Positions 17,449 through 26,941 of a stretch of 54,520 nucleotides of DNA are shown here, one piece after another. Position 1 is the stretch's first letter. Each line of letters starts with the position of its first letter. Position numbers and translations under genes: made by a program. The DNA lies in assembly GCA_046341775.1 (NCBI GenBank), contig JBKDQQ010000054.1, forward strand, positions 1 to 54,520, written 5' to 3'. The notes beneath the pieces were generated by a model that saw nothing but the letters and a program-made list of their open reading frames with translations, was not told where the DNA came from and did no database searches. This stretch comes from Planctomycetia bacterium. Its GTDB lineage: Bacteria > Planctomycetota > UBA1135 > GCA-002686595.

Positions 17449-19053
17449 TCACTTGGAGACGATGTAGTCCTTCCACGATTCCGTCAGCGCGTCCATGTCG
17501 ATGCCGCGGAAGGCGTCCTCGACCGCCTGGTTCAAGTTGCCGGTCATCGCCAGCGTCTTGAAGTACGTGTCGAGGATCTTGTCCCAATCGGCGTTCCAGT
17601 TCTTGGCGCCCTTCTTCTTGCCTGTGCGCAGGAAGTAGATGAAGGACCATCCCTGCGCGTAGTTCTGGAGACCGCCGGCGCCGTACTTGTTCTGGCCGTA
17701 GTACTCCTGCTGCGTGAAGCGCACGAGGTCGGTCAAGGGCACGAATCGGTTGTCGCGGATCAGTTCGCGGACCGTGTCGACGCGCCAGACGGCCTTGGCT
17801 TGCTCGAAGCGTCCCCCGTACCACTTGTATCCGGAGTAGTAGTCGCCCGTGCCTTCGTTGTACCAGCTGTGCGGACTGATGTTCCCGTACAGGTAGAAGA
17901 TGTACTGGTGGAAGGCCTCGTGGTTGAGCACGAGCCAGGTGTCGTTGCGCCCGCCGCCGGCCTGATCGTCGTAGATGACCAGCTCCTGCTGCACCCACGC
18001 CCAATACCCTGCGCTGCCGCCGGGGCCGCCGTAGCTGTGGTAGGCGTCCTGGTCGGTCAGGACCCGCACCACCGAGCAGCGCGACAGCTCGCGCGGATCC
18101 GCGTCCCCGAGGATCTGCTTGGCGAGCTCCGCTTCGCCGGAGCGCTCGCGCTTCTCGGCGTCGGAGCCCGTCTGCAGGCCTTCGCCCGCCTTGCGCAGCT
18201 CCTGGGCCTTCTCGTAGGGGTAGTCGATCTCGAATTGCTTGCGGATGGCCTCGAGGCGTTCCTGCAGCTCCTTGACGAATAGCTTGTCCTTGTGCGGCGT
18301 GAGGATGAAGTAGTTCGGCGTCTCGTAGAGCTTCCACTCCCCGCCGAGCTTGGCGACCTCGGTCTGCAGTTGCGCGCGCTTGCGCGAGCGCACATCGTCG
18401 CCCTCCGCCGCCGCCAGCGCCTTCACCGCCACCGGCGCGAAGCTCTTCGCCATCTGGTCGAACGGACCTTCCCACTTGGCGGCCTTCTTCGGATCGCCGG
18501 GATAGACAGCCACGAACGCCACATCGACGCTTTCGTGCAGCTTCCAGCTCCACGCCTTGATCCAGCCGCCCTCGCCCGTGTCGTCGAGCCCCGACCACTC
18601 GTACACCTTGGCGGGCACCTTGTTGATTGTCGTTTCCTTGGGAGCACCCTGCGACTTGTAGGTGCGTCCGTACTCGGCCGTCACCCACGCCACCACATCC
18701 TTGCGGCCTGGACCCGACAGGTCGATCTTGGGCTTCTTGTCGTCCCCCTCGCTCTTGGGCTCGTCCTTCTTGCGGCGGTCGAACTTGACGAGTTGCGCGT
18801 CGATGTAGAGGGGCTTGCCTCCGACGAGCACGTACTTCTCCAAGGGCGGCGTGAACTTGGCGATCAGGTTCGGCTCGCCCGGTTGCGGCGGGATCAGGTC
18901 CCAATCCGCCGGCGTCTTGATCTTGAAGCCCAGGTCGACGGAGTCCTCGTAGTACTTGCCGACCTTCGGGGCCTGCACCTGCGCCGCAGCGGGCAAGGCG
19001 ATCGTCGCCAGCAGGGCGAGGAGGATCCACCAACGCGCCAGCGTGGCGCGCAT
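17449..19053 (-). CDS. secreted HExxH-motif protein, paralog of the adjacent gene (DUF1570-like)
   Basis: Signal peptide MRATLARWWILLALLATIALPAAAQ, motif WLVLNHEAFHQYIFYLYG. It shares blocks with the downstream paralog (HAWSFVYFL vs QGWSFIYFL). It sits 5 bp upstream of the paralog. Confidence 0.7.
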   Translation of the reverse strand: MRATLARWWILLALLATIALPAAAQVQAPKVGKYYEDSVDLGFKIKTPADWDLIPPQPGEPNLIAKFTPPLEKYVLVGGKPLYIDAQLVKFDRRKKDEPKSEGDDKKPKIDLSGPGRKDVVAWVTAEYGRTYKSQGAPKETTINKVPAKVYEWSGLDDTGEGGWIKAWSWKLHESVDVAFVAVYPGDPKKAAKWEGPFDQMAKSFAPVAVKALAAAEGDDVRSRKRAQLQTEVAKLGGEWKLYETPNYFILTPHKDKLFVKELQERLEAIRKQFEIDYPYEKAQELRKAGEGLQTGSDAEKRERSGEAELAKQILGDADPRELSRCSVVRVLTDQDAYHSYGGPGGSAGYWAWVQQELVIYDDQAGGGRNDTWLVLNHEAFHQYIFYLYGNISPHSWYNEGTGDYYSGYKWYGGRFEQAKAVWRVDTVRELIRDNRFVPLTDLVRFTQQEYYGQNKYGAGGLQNYAQGWSFIYFLRTGKKKGAKNWNADWDKILDTYFKTLAMTGNLNQAVEDAFRGIDMDALTESWKDYIVSK

Positions 19054-19300
19054 GGGCGAAGGTCGGGGATGGGTGCGCATGAGTGCGGAGAGGGGGCGAG
19101 GGTGTCGGCGCGGGACGATTCTCGCGCGCGCAAGCCCACAGGGCATCTACGCGGCGTGGCGGGCTTCCTTGCCACCCTCATCAGACCCGCCGGGCACGGC
19201 TCGTCGCAAGTCCCCGCGGGGGGACGCTTGCACAGGACTTTCCGCCGTGGGCAGGCAGGCGGTGCCGTTCCCCTCGGAGGTTTTGCACAATGGTCGCACG

Positions 19301-22300
19301 ATGAACTCGAAGATCTTGATCGGAGTGGCGCTCGTGGTGGTCGCGGGGGGTGCTTTCTTCCTCTTCAAGCCCAAGGATGCCGCCCCGGATGCCCCGCGGG
19401 CCATCGAAGCCGTCGCCGAGGACGCTGGGCCGGACGCGCAGCGGCCGCCGGCCGAGCTGGACGCTCCCGAATTGGCCGAGACCGACTCCGTGGGCGACGC
19501 GCGCTCCGTGGTGGCGACCGAGGGCGAGTCCAAGCCCGCTGCGGCGACGCCCAAGAAGTCGTCGGAACTGGTGCTCCTCGGGCGCGTCGTGGACGAGTCC
19601 GGTGCTCCTGTCGCCGGAGCCGAGGTCAAGGCCGCCGCGGCGCAGGGCGGTCCCGAGTTCGGGCTCGACGAGATCGACGCCGACATGTTCGGCGGTTGGA
19701 TCGTGGTCGATTCCGCCACGAGCGGCGCTGACGGTCGCTTCGAATTGCCATTGCGGCGCAAGGCCAACACCGTCCAGTTCGCGGCGCGCAAGGCCGGCTT
19801 CGCGCCGCTCGAACAGCGCTTCGACGTCCAACCCGGCCGCCACGAGGTGGGCGACGTGCGCCTGGCGCGTGGCGCGGTGGTCGCCGGCCGCGTCGTCAAT
19901 TCCTCTGGACGCGGAGTCGCGGGCGCCGCCGTGCACAGGAAGCGCGTCGGCGGAGACATGATGGCGCAGTTCAACCCCTTCCCCGGACCGGTCGTGGCCA
20001 CGACCGACGCGGCGGGCGCCTTCGTCGTCGACCAGCTCGCCATCGGCGACTACAAGCTGGTCGTCAAGCATGCGGAGCATCCGGACGGGGCCCTCGAGGG
20101 CAGCACCAGCCAAGGCTCGGAGCGCATCTCCGGCCTCGAAGTGCGCCTCGCCGACGGGGCTGCGATCATGGGCGTCGTCTCCGGCCTCGAAGGCAAGTGG
20201 ACCGAGGACCTGCGCGTCGCCGCCACCAAGGCCGGAGGTGGAGCCTTCGGCATGCCCGACTTCACCGGCGGCCGCCGCGCCAAGGTCGACAAGGACGGCG
20301 GCTTCCGCATCTCGGGCTTGTCGGCCGACACGAGCTACCGCCTCGCCGTCGTGCGCGGGGACAAGCCGAACATGACGCAGATGATGGGCGGCCGGCGCGG
20401 GCGCGACGGCGTCGAGGCCAAGAGCGGCGATGTCGGCGTGCGCGTGCCGCTCGTCGACGAGACCGCGCTCGTCGGCCAGGTGGTCGACGCGCGCACCAAG
20501 GCGCCGTTGACGCAGTTGCGCGTCGAGGCGGGGCGCGGTTGGCTGGTCCCCTTGGCGGACGAGAAGGGCAAGCCGCAGTCGAACTTCCCCGAAGGCCGCT
20601 TCCGCCATGCCAACCTCGTGCGCATGGGCTCCGGCGGCAAGCTCGACCTGAAGGTCGTGGCCGACGGCTACCGCACCTTCGAGCAGAAGGGCATCGAGGT
20701 GCCCGACGGCGCCACCACCGACATCGGCGTGATCGAGCTCGAGCCGGCGCCCCTGGCGCGCGTCGTCGTGCTCGACGCGACCACGCGCCAACCCGTCGCC
20801 AACGCCAAGGTGAACCTCGAGGTGCTGCGCGACGAGCAGGACGGCAACCGCGTGTTCGTCTCCGGCGGCGACGACGACGACGACGGAATGCCGATGATGC
20901 CGAGCGGCGAGACGCGCACGGGCAAGTCCGGGGCCGACGGCGTCGCCATGGTCGCGATGGAGCCCGGCAAGCGCATGCGCGCCGTGGTGCGCGCCAAGGG
21001 CCGCGCCGAATGGACCGGCACCGCCTTCGTCGCGCCCGCCGACGGCGAACAGTCGATCGAAGCCCTGCTGGTCGAAGGCGGCACCGTGGTGGTGAAGGTC
21101 GTCGACACGAGCGGCGCGCCCGTCCCCAAGGTCGCGGTCGAGCGCGAGGAAGACGACTCGGGCGTGCAAGTCTTCGCCATGGGCGGCGACCGCAAGACGA
21201 ACTCCAAGGGCGAGCTCGAGTTCAAGAACCTCCTGCCCGGTCCGCAGCGCTTCCGCGTCAAGGATGGCGGGATGTTCGGCGGCGCGCGCATGGGCCGCGC
21301 CCGCATGGCGCGCAACGCGGGTGCCGACGGCGCCGCGCTGTTCGACATGGGGGGCGACGAGGAACCACAATGGTCCAGCGTCGAGGTCGCCGACAAGGGC
21401 CGGCACGAAGTCGTGCTGGTCGTTCCGGCGCGGGCGACGCTGGTCGGTGTGGTGCGCGAAGGCGGCAAGCCCGTGGCGGGGTTGCGCGTGAAGGTGTCGG
21501 ACGGCGACGACATGGAGTTCGGCTTCGGCGGCGAATCGGGCGCCAAGACGGACGCCGATGGTCGCTTCGAGTTGGCCGACGTCGAGGCGGGCAAGCAGAA
21601 GCTCGTCGTCAGCGGCCCGCGGCGCGCCATGAACCATGAACAGGAGATCGAGATCTACGCCGGCGACAACAAGGTCGAGATCGACCTGCCTTCGGCCACC
21701 ATCGAAGGTCGCGTCGTCTCGGTCGACGGAGCGCCGATGGCAGGCGCGAAGGTCAAGGTCATGCTCGCGCCTGAAGGCTCCTTCGAGTCCGCCGCGGTCG
21801 AGTTCGCCGCGGTCGTCGCCTTCGACGGTGGAGATGCGGAAGGCGGCGTGATGGAGTTCGGCGCGGGGCAGGGCAACGCCGCCACGACGGATGCGCAAGG
21901 CCGCTACACCTTGCGCGGCGTGCGCGCGGGCGCGAAGCTCGTCGTCGAGGTCAAGGCCAAGGATTGCCAGCCCAAGCGCGGCGAGCCCTTCGAGCTGGCG
22001 ATCGACGAGGCGCGCACAGGCATGGACTTCGTGGTGCAGCCGGGCTGCACGCTCGAGGTGTCCTTGCGCAGCGCCGACGGCCGCCAGCGCGGCTTCTTCG
22101 CGCGCGCGGTGAAGCTCGACGACAAGGGCGACGAGGGCGCCGAGCAGTCCTCGCAGTTCGCCCAGCGCGCCAGCACCAAGCTGTCCGGGCTCGCGCCCGG
22201 CCGTTGGCGTGTCACGGTCAATCCGGTGTCCTTCGGCGAGGAGGACGGCGGGCAGGACGAAGACCCCGCGCCCAAGGAGATCGAGTTGAAGGTCGGCCAG

Positions 22301-22327
22301 AAGAACGAGCTGGTCTTCGACGGCTGA
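19301..22327 (+). CDS. large membrane-anchored protein built from carboxypeptidase-regulatory-like (CarboxypepD_reg) repeats
   Basis: N-terminal TM anchor MNSKILIGVALVVVAGGAFFLF and an acidic linker. There are at least 7 repeats of the G(R)VVD..GxPVAGAxV....TD..G.F type (LLGRVVDESGAPVAGAEVKA, VAGRVVNSSGRGVAGAAV, LVGQVVDARTKAPL, IEGRVVSVDGAPMAGAKVKV ...TDAQGRYTL). No catalytic domain is recognisable. Confidence 0.7.
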   Translation: MNSKILIGVALVVVAGGAFFLFKPKDAAPDAPRAIEAVAEDAGPDAQRPPAELDAPELAETDSVGDARSVVATEGESKPAAATPKKSSELVLLGRVVDESGAPVAGAEVKAAAAQGGPEFGLDEIDADMFGGWIVVDSATSGADGRFELPLRRKANTVQFAARKAGFAPLEQRFDVQPGRHEVGDVRLARGAVVAGRVVNSSGRGVAGAAVHRKRVGGDMMAQFNPFPGPVVATTDAAGAFVVDQLAIGDYKLVVKHAEHPDGALEGSTSQGSERISGLEVRLADGAAIMGVVSGLEGKWTEDLRVAATKAGGGAFGMPDFTGGRRAKVDKDGGFRISGLSADTSYRLAVVRGDKPNMTQMMGGRRGRDGVEAKSGDVGVRVPLVDETALVGQVVDARTKAPLTQLRVEAGRGWLVPLADEKGKPQSNFPEGRFRHANLVRMGSGGKLDLKVVADGYRTFEQKGIEVPDGATTDIGVIELEPAPLARVVVLDATTRQPVANAKVNLEVLRDEQDGNRVFVSGGDDDDDGMPMMPSGETRTGKSGADGVAMVAMEPGKRMRAVVRAKGRAEWTGTAFVAPADGEQSIEALLVEGGTVVVKVVDTSGAPVPKVAVEREEDDSGVQVFAMGGDRKTNSKGELEFKNLLPGPQRFRVKDGGMFGGARMGRARMARNAGADGAALFDMGGDEEPQWSSVEVADKGRHEVVLVVPARATLVGVVREGGKPVAGLRVKVSDGDDMEFGFGGESGAKTDADGRFELADVEAGKQKLVVSGPRRAMNHEQEIEIYAGDNKVEIDLPSATIEGRVVSVDGAPMAGAKVKVMLAPEGSFESAAVEFAAVVAFDGGDAEGGVMEFGAGQGNAATTDAQGRYTLRGVRAGAKLVVEVKAKDCQPKRGEPFELAIDEARTGMDFVVQPGCTLEVSLRSADGRQRGFFARAVKLDDKGDEGAEQSSQFAQRASTKLSGLAPGRWRVTVNPVSFGEEDGGQDEDPAPKEIELKVGQKNELVFDG

Positions 22328-22522
22328 GGTCCTCGAGGCGCCGCGCGCGGCCGCGTTGGTCCGGGGGCGCCCGGACGAGCCGGGCCGGCGCGGAGTTCCC
22401 GGGCCCGCAAGTGGTGGATCCGACCCTGCGGGCTCCACTTGCGGTCCGGCCTGCGCGCCAAATGCGGTCCCGCTGGGCCCAAGGCTTGGCTTTGCCCGCC
22501 GGAGTTGCTTTCCTCGCGTACG

Positions 22523-25500
22523 ATGAAGGCCTCGGGTGGCGCGCGCGTGAAGAATCGTCTGGTCCTCGGATTCGTCGCCGTGGCCGGCCTCTTGGCTTGG
22601 CTGTACTTCGCCCGTGGCGCGAGCGAGGTGCGCGCGCAGACCGTCGAGGCGCTCGAACTGGGCGAGGGCGAGGGTGATCTAGGCGCGGAGTTGTCCAACA
22701 CCGAATCCTCCACCGCTCGCGATGCGGCGGAGACGCCGCAGGACCCGTCGTCGTCGGAATCCTCGTCCACCGCGTCCGTGGTGCCGGCGGGCAAGGCGCG
22801 CGTCCTTGGTCGCGTGGTCGATCGGCAAGGTCGTGCCGTGGTCGGTGCGCGCGTCATCGCGGCCCTGGGCGACAACTGGTACGCGGTGCCGATCGACGCG
22901 GAACGCGACCTCCTCGAACGCAGCCAGATCGAGACGATCGAGACGCGCACGGACGGCGAGGGGCGCTACGACTTCGGCGACATCCAACCCGGCGCGGCGC
23001 GGCTGTGCGTGCGCGCCGCGGGCTTCGGCCCGTGGTACGGAACCGGCGAGACCTTGCCGGAGGGCGTGGAGACGCGCCTCCCGGACGTGGTGCTCGACGC
23101 CGGCGTCGTCGTGCGCGGCAAGGTCGTCGATCCGCGCGGGACTCCGGTGGCGGGGGCGACGGTGCTGGTCGCCTACGACTGCATCCGGCGCAAGACCAAG
23201 CTCGTGCTGCCCGGACGCGGCGCGCCTGTCGCGACCACCAACGCCGATGGCGAGTTCGTCGTCGACCAGCTCGCGCCGGGGGCTTGGCACATCTACGGCG
23301 ACGATGGCGTGCACTTGGCGGGCGAGGCGCGCGGCGAATTGGCGCGCGCCGGGCTCGAGCAGGGCGGCGTGCGCATCGAGCTGGGCGAGGCTTGGCGCAT
23401 CGTGGGCAAGGTCGTGCCCAAGGCCGGGGCGTTGCCCGCCGGGCTGCGCGTCTCGGCGCGGCTCGTCGAGGAGGGCCAAGGGGATCGCCGCCAAGAGGAG
23501 CAGGACGACGCCTGGGCCTTCTCCAGCACGCGCGTCGAGCGCGCCGACGATCCGGCGCGGTCCCAAGCAGCATCCCGCGTGCGGCACGCGCTGGTCGACG
23601 CCCAAGGCGCGTTCCAACTCGGCGCCCTCGTGCCGAGTCGCAAGTACCGACTCGGCCTCGCTCGTCCGCGCGCCGACGGCAAGGGTTGGCGCGCCGTCTC
23701 CACCGAGGAGCTGAAGCCCGTCGAGGCCGGCGAGCGCAACGCGCTGATCGAGCTGCGTGCGGCGACGAGCCTCGTCTTCAAGGTGGTCGACGATGCCACC
23801 GGCGCGCCGATCGAGGATCTCTTCGTGTGGGGCGGCCAGGGCCGCGAGCGCGTGCTGCGCGACGACGCTGGCAAGCCCGTCGCCAAGTTCGGCGGCGGGG
23901 TGGTCGAGTGGCCCGAGTTGCGCGTGCAGTCGGGCGGCAAGCCGTTCCAATTGCGCGTGGCGGCCACCGGTTACAAGGACCACGAGGCGCGCAACCTCGC
24001 CGTGCACGCGGGGCGCGTGAACGACCTGGGCGAGATCCGCCTCGCGCCGACCTCGGTCGTCGAGGCGTTCGTCTACAAGGAAGGCACGCGCGACCTGGTG
24101 CCCGGTGCGCGCGTGATCCTCGCCGACCGCTCGGAGGAGGACTTGCGCGGCATCTCCGAACGCGGCGTCGGAGATGACTTGACCTGGGACCCGCAGCTGA
24201 AGCACGCGATCGCCGACGACAAGGGCATGGCGCGCCTCACGGCTCCGGCGGGCAAGCACACGGCGTTGCAAGCCAGCGCCAAGGGCTGCGTGCCCGGGCC
24301 GGTGGTGCGCCAGTTGATCGCCGAGGAGGGCGTCACCAAGGTCGAACTGTTCGTGCGGCTCGGCGGGGTGGTCGAGGTCGTCGTCGACGATGGCGCGGGC
24401 AATCCCGTGCCGCGCCAATCGATCCAGCACATGCTGCCCCCCAAGCCCGGAGAGGGCGACGAGGAGTGGGGCGAATCCCTGCGCACCGACGACAAGGGCG
24501 TTGCGCGCTTCGAGGGCCTGGTCGAGGGACTGCACAAGTTCCGCGTCGAGAAGGAGCAGGGCAACGTCTGGACCTGGGGCGAGGTCGAGGCGCAGGAGGA
24601 GCCGTGGTCCGAGGCGCGCGTCGCTTCGGGCGAGCTCGCCACCTTGCGCCTGCGCGCCAAGCCGCGCGGCTCGCTGGAAGGCGTGGTGCGCGAGGATGGT
24701 CGACCGCTCGCCGACGCGGCAGTGCGCCTCGTGCCCTACAACCCTGACATGACCAACGGTTGGGCCGGCTGGAGCGGCGAGGACGATCCGCTGCTCGCCG
24801 TGTGCGACGACGAGGGTCGCTACCGCTTCGAGAGCATCCCGGTCGGGACCTACCGCTTGTTCGTCACGCACGAGCTGCGCCGCCACGCCAAGGAGTTCCG
24901 CGCCGACGTGCACGGGCTCGGCAGCCGCCAGGACCTCGACCTGATGGTCTCGAGCGTGGCCGGACGGGTGCTGGACGACGAAGGCAGCCCGCTCGCAGGA
25001 CTCGAGGTCCATTTGTGGGTCGACGGCGAGCGCATCGAGGTCGAGCCGCCGTACAAGCTCGTCTACGAGGAGGACGAGCGCGGCGGCGGCGACGTCGACT
25101 GGAAGGAATCCGCCGCGGCCAGCACGAAGACCGACGCCTCCGGCGCGTACATCATGCGCGGCGTGCAGACCGAGGCGGGTCTGACCGTCGTGGCGCAGGG
25201 CCGTTGGACGGAAGAGGGGCGCATCGGACCCTTCACGCTCGTCGATGGCGAGGTGCGGCACGGCGCCGACTTCAAGCTGCGGCGCGCCGGCGACATCGTC
25301 GTGCGCCTCGAGGCGCCGATGGCCGACGACGAGCTGGTGCACGCGCACCTCGTCAAGCAGGATGGCGCCGGGCAGTTGCGGCGCGACTTCGCGCTCGGAA
25401 GGTGGAACGACCGCGAGCGCCTGCGCGGATTGATCCCCGGCGAGTGGAAGCTCGTCTACCAGCGCCACGGACCCGGCGGCCCGCAGGGCGAGCCGCGCGA

Positions 25501-25558
25501 AGCGACCATCGTCGTGCAGGTCGGGCGCGAGGCGCGCCACGCCATCCAAGGCCTCTAG
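22523..25558 (+). CDS. large membrane-anchored CarboxypepD_reg-repeat protein, tandem paralog of the preceding gene
   Basis: N-terminal anchor MKASGGARVKNRLVLGFVAVAGLLAWLYF and a Ser/Glu-rich linker. Repeats include VLGRVVDRQGRAVVGARV...TDGEGRYDF, VVRGKVVDPRGTPVAGATV...TNADGEFVV and VAGRVLDDEGSPLAGLEV...TDASGAYIM. Confidence 0.7.
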   Translation: MKASGGARVKNRLVLGFVAVAGLLAWLYFARGASEVRAQTVEALELGEGEGDLGAELSNTESSTARDAAETPQDPSSSESSSTASVVPAGKARVLGRVVDRQGRAVVGARVIAALGDNWYAVPIDAERDLLERSQIETIETRTDGEGRYDFGDIQPGAARLCVRAAGFGPWYGTGETLPEGVETRLPDVVLDAGVVVRGKVVDPRGTPVAGATVLVAYDCIRRKTKLVLPGRGAPVATTNADGEFVVDQLAPGAWHIYGDDGVHLAGEARGELARAGLEQGGVRIELGEAWRIVGKVVPKAGALPAGLRVSARLVEEGQGDRRQEEQDDAWAFSSTRVERADDPARSQAASRVRHALVDAQGAFQLGALVPSRKYRLGLARPRADGKGWRAVSTEELKPVEAGERNALIELRAATSLVFKVVDDATGAPIEDLFVWGGQGRERVLRDDAGKPVAKFGGGVVEWPELRVQSGGKPFQLRVAATGYKDHEARNLAVHAGRVNDLGEIRLAPTSVVEAFVYKEGTRDLVPGARVILADRSEEDLRGISERGVGDDLTWDPQLKHAIADDKGMARLTAPAGKHTALQASAKGCVPGPVVRQLIAEEGVTKVELFVRLGGVVEVVVDDGAGNPVPRQSIQHMLPPKPGEGDEEWGESLRTDDKGVARFEGLVEGLHKFRVEKEQGNVWTWGEVEAQEEPWSEARVASGELATLRLRAKPRGSLEGVVREDGRPLADAAVRLVPYNPDMTNGWAGWSGEDDPLLAVCDDEGRYRFESIPVGTYRLFVTHELRRHAKEFRADVHGLGSRQDLDLMVSSVAGRVLDDEGSPLAGLEVHLWVDGERIEVEPPYKLVYEEDERGGGDVDWKESAAASTKTDASGAYIMRGVQTEAGLTVVAQGRWTEEGRIGPFTLVDGEVRHGADFKLRRAGDIVVRLEAPMADDELVHAHLVKQDGAGQLRRDFALGRWNDRERLRGLIPGEWKLVYQRHGPGGPQGEPREATIVVQVGREARHAIQGL

Positions 25559-25646
25559 TTCCGTGCGCGTCGCGCGGGGCGCGCAGCCGCGCCGCCACGC
25601 CCGGCCTTTCCATCGCCGGCCGCATCGCCTACCTTCGACGACGAAC

Positions 25647-26480
25647 ATGGGCGGCTACGACGCGGCGTTGATCGATCTCGACGGCACCTTGGTGGAGGGG
25701 GCCGACGGCTTGCTGGAGGAGAACGTCGCCGCGTTGCGCGCCGCGGAGGCGCGAGGCAAGCGCGTGATGATCGCCACGGGGCGCTCGACGGTGTCGACGC
25801 GGCCGGTGCTCGAACGATTGGGACTCGAGACGCCGGCGCTCGTCTTCAACGGCGCGGGGCTCTGGTGCCAGCGACGCGCGCGCATGCTCGAGGAGCGCAT
25901 CCTCTCGGGCCGCACCTTGGCGCGCGCGCTGGAATTCGGCGAGCGACACGGCCTGTTGACGATCCTGATGGCGTCCGAAGTCAAATGGGCCTCGCCGCCG
26001 GCGAACGCCGTCGAGGAGCGCGCCTTGCGCGGCCTGAAGGGCCTCGAGATCGTCCCGCGCGAGGAATTGGCCGCCAAGGAGTTCATCCTGCGCGTGACGC
26101 TCTTCTCGGCCACCCACGATGCCTCGGAACGCCTGATGCACGAGGCCGAGGCGCACATCCGCCAACCCGTCTACACGACGCACTTCCCGCTTTCCGTGCT
26201 GCATTCGCACCGCGAGAGTCCGATGTCGGTCATCGACATCCACGCGCCTTGCCGCGGCAAGGCCGAGGGCTTGCGCGTGCTGCGGGAACTGCACGGCATC
26301 CCCCCCGAGCGCGTCGTCGCCATCGGCGACGCGACCAACGACCTGCCCATGTTCGCCGCCGCGGGATTGGCGCTCGCCACCGAGGACGGCATGGAGGAGG
26401 CGCGTCGCGCCGCCCACAAGGTCATCGGCAAGGGCGGCAGCGCCGCCATCGCGCGCGCCATCGAGGAGCACCTCGCCTGA
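25647..26480 (+). CDS. HAD-superfamily hydrolase, Cof-type (HAD-IIB)
   Basis: Motif I LIDLDGTL, motif II MIATGRS, motif III/IV K...VVAIGDATNDLPMFAAAG. Confidence 0.8.
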   Translation: MGGYDAALIDLDGTLVEGADGLLEENVAALRAAEARGKRVMIATGRSTVSTRPVLERLGLETPALVFNGAGLWCQRRARMLEERILSGRTLARALEFGERHGLLTILMASEVKWASPPANAVEERALRGLKGLEIVPREELAAKEFILRVTLFSATHDASERLMHEAEAHIRQPVYTTHFPLSVLHSHRESPMSVIDIHAPCRGKAEGLRVLRELHGIPPERVVAIGDATNDLPMFAAAGLALATEDGMEEARRAAHKVIGKGGSAAIARAIEEHLA

Positions 26481-26756
26481 ACGGCACGAGGCGCGCGCCC
26501 GCCCGCAACTGCTCCGGCGCGGCGCGGCCTCGCGCCGTTCCCGTGCGCTGCTGCCGTGCGCTGGGGAAGCTCTGCGCAGCGACGAGGTGCGAATACGCCG
26601 AGTGCGAAAAGACGGGTGGCACGGCGAAACGAAACGCGGCACGTGCAACAAGACAGTACGACCCGAGACGTGGCACGCAGGTAGGTACGAGGCCTGGCAC
26701 GAGCGATGCCGCGAGCAGCAGGACGAGGGCAGCAGGACCTTGGCAGCAGGACGCGA

Positions 26757-26901
26757 GAGCCGCGAGACGAGCCGCGAGACGAGCCGCGAGACGAGCCGCG
26801 ATGAGACGCGATGAGCCGCGATGAGCCGCGATGAGACGCGATGAGACGCGATGAGACGCGATGAGAGACGCGCCGAGAGACGCGCCGAGAGACGCCGAGA
26901 G
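26757..26901. repeat. compound minisatellite
   Basis: Read directly from the sequence: 3.7 copies of the 12-mer gagccgcgagac at 26757-26800, 7 copies of the 10-mer gcgatgag(a/c)c at 26798-26867, and 2-3 copies of acgcgccgagag at 26868-26901. It lies in a convergent intergenic region and is not interrupted by spacers. Confidence 0.85.
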
Positions 26902-26941
26902 ACGAGGGTCGAGAGACGAGACTGCGCGTGGAGCGCTGGCG

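Noticed and set aside
26587-26814. 75-aa ORF ending ...SRETSRETSRETSRDETR spanning the minisatellite.
   Set aside because: The reading frame is generated by the tandem repeat itself. There is no start context or conservation signal, so it is treated as non-coding repeat DNA.
26757-26901. Possible CRISPR array.
   Set aside because: Repeat units are contiguous 10-12-mers with no unique spacers. There are no cas genes in the window, so this is a minisatellite.
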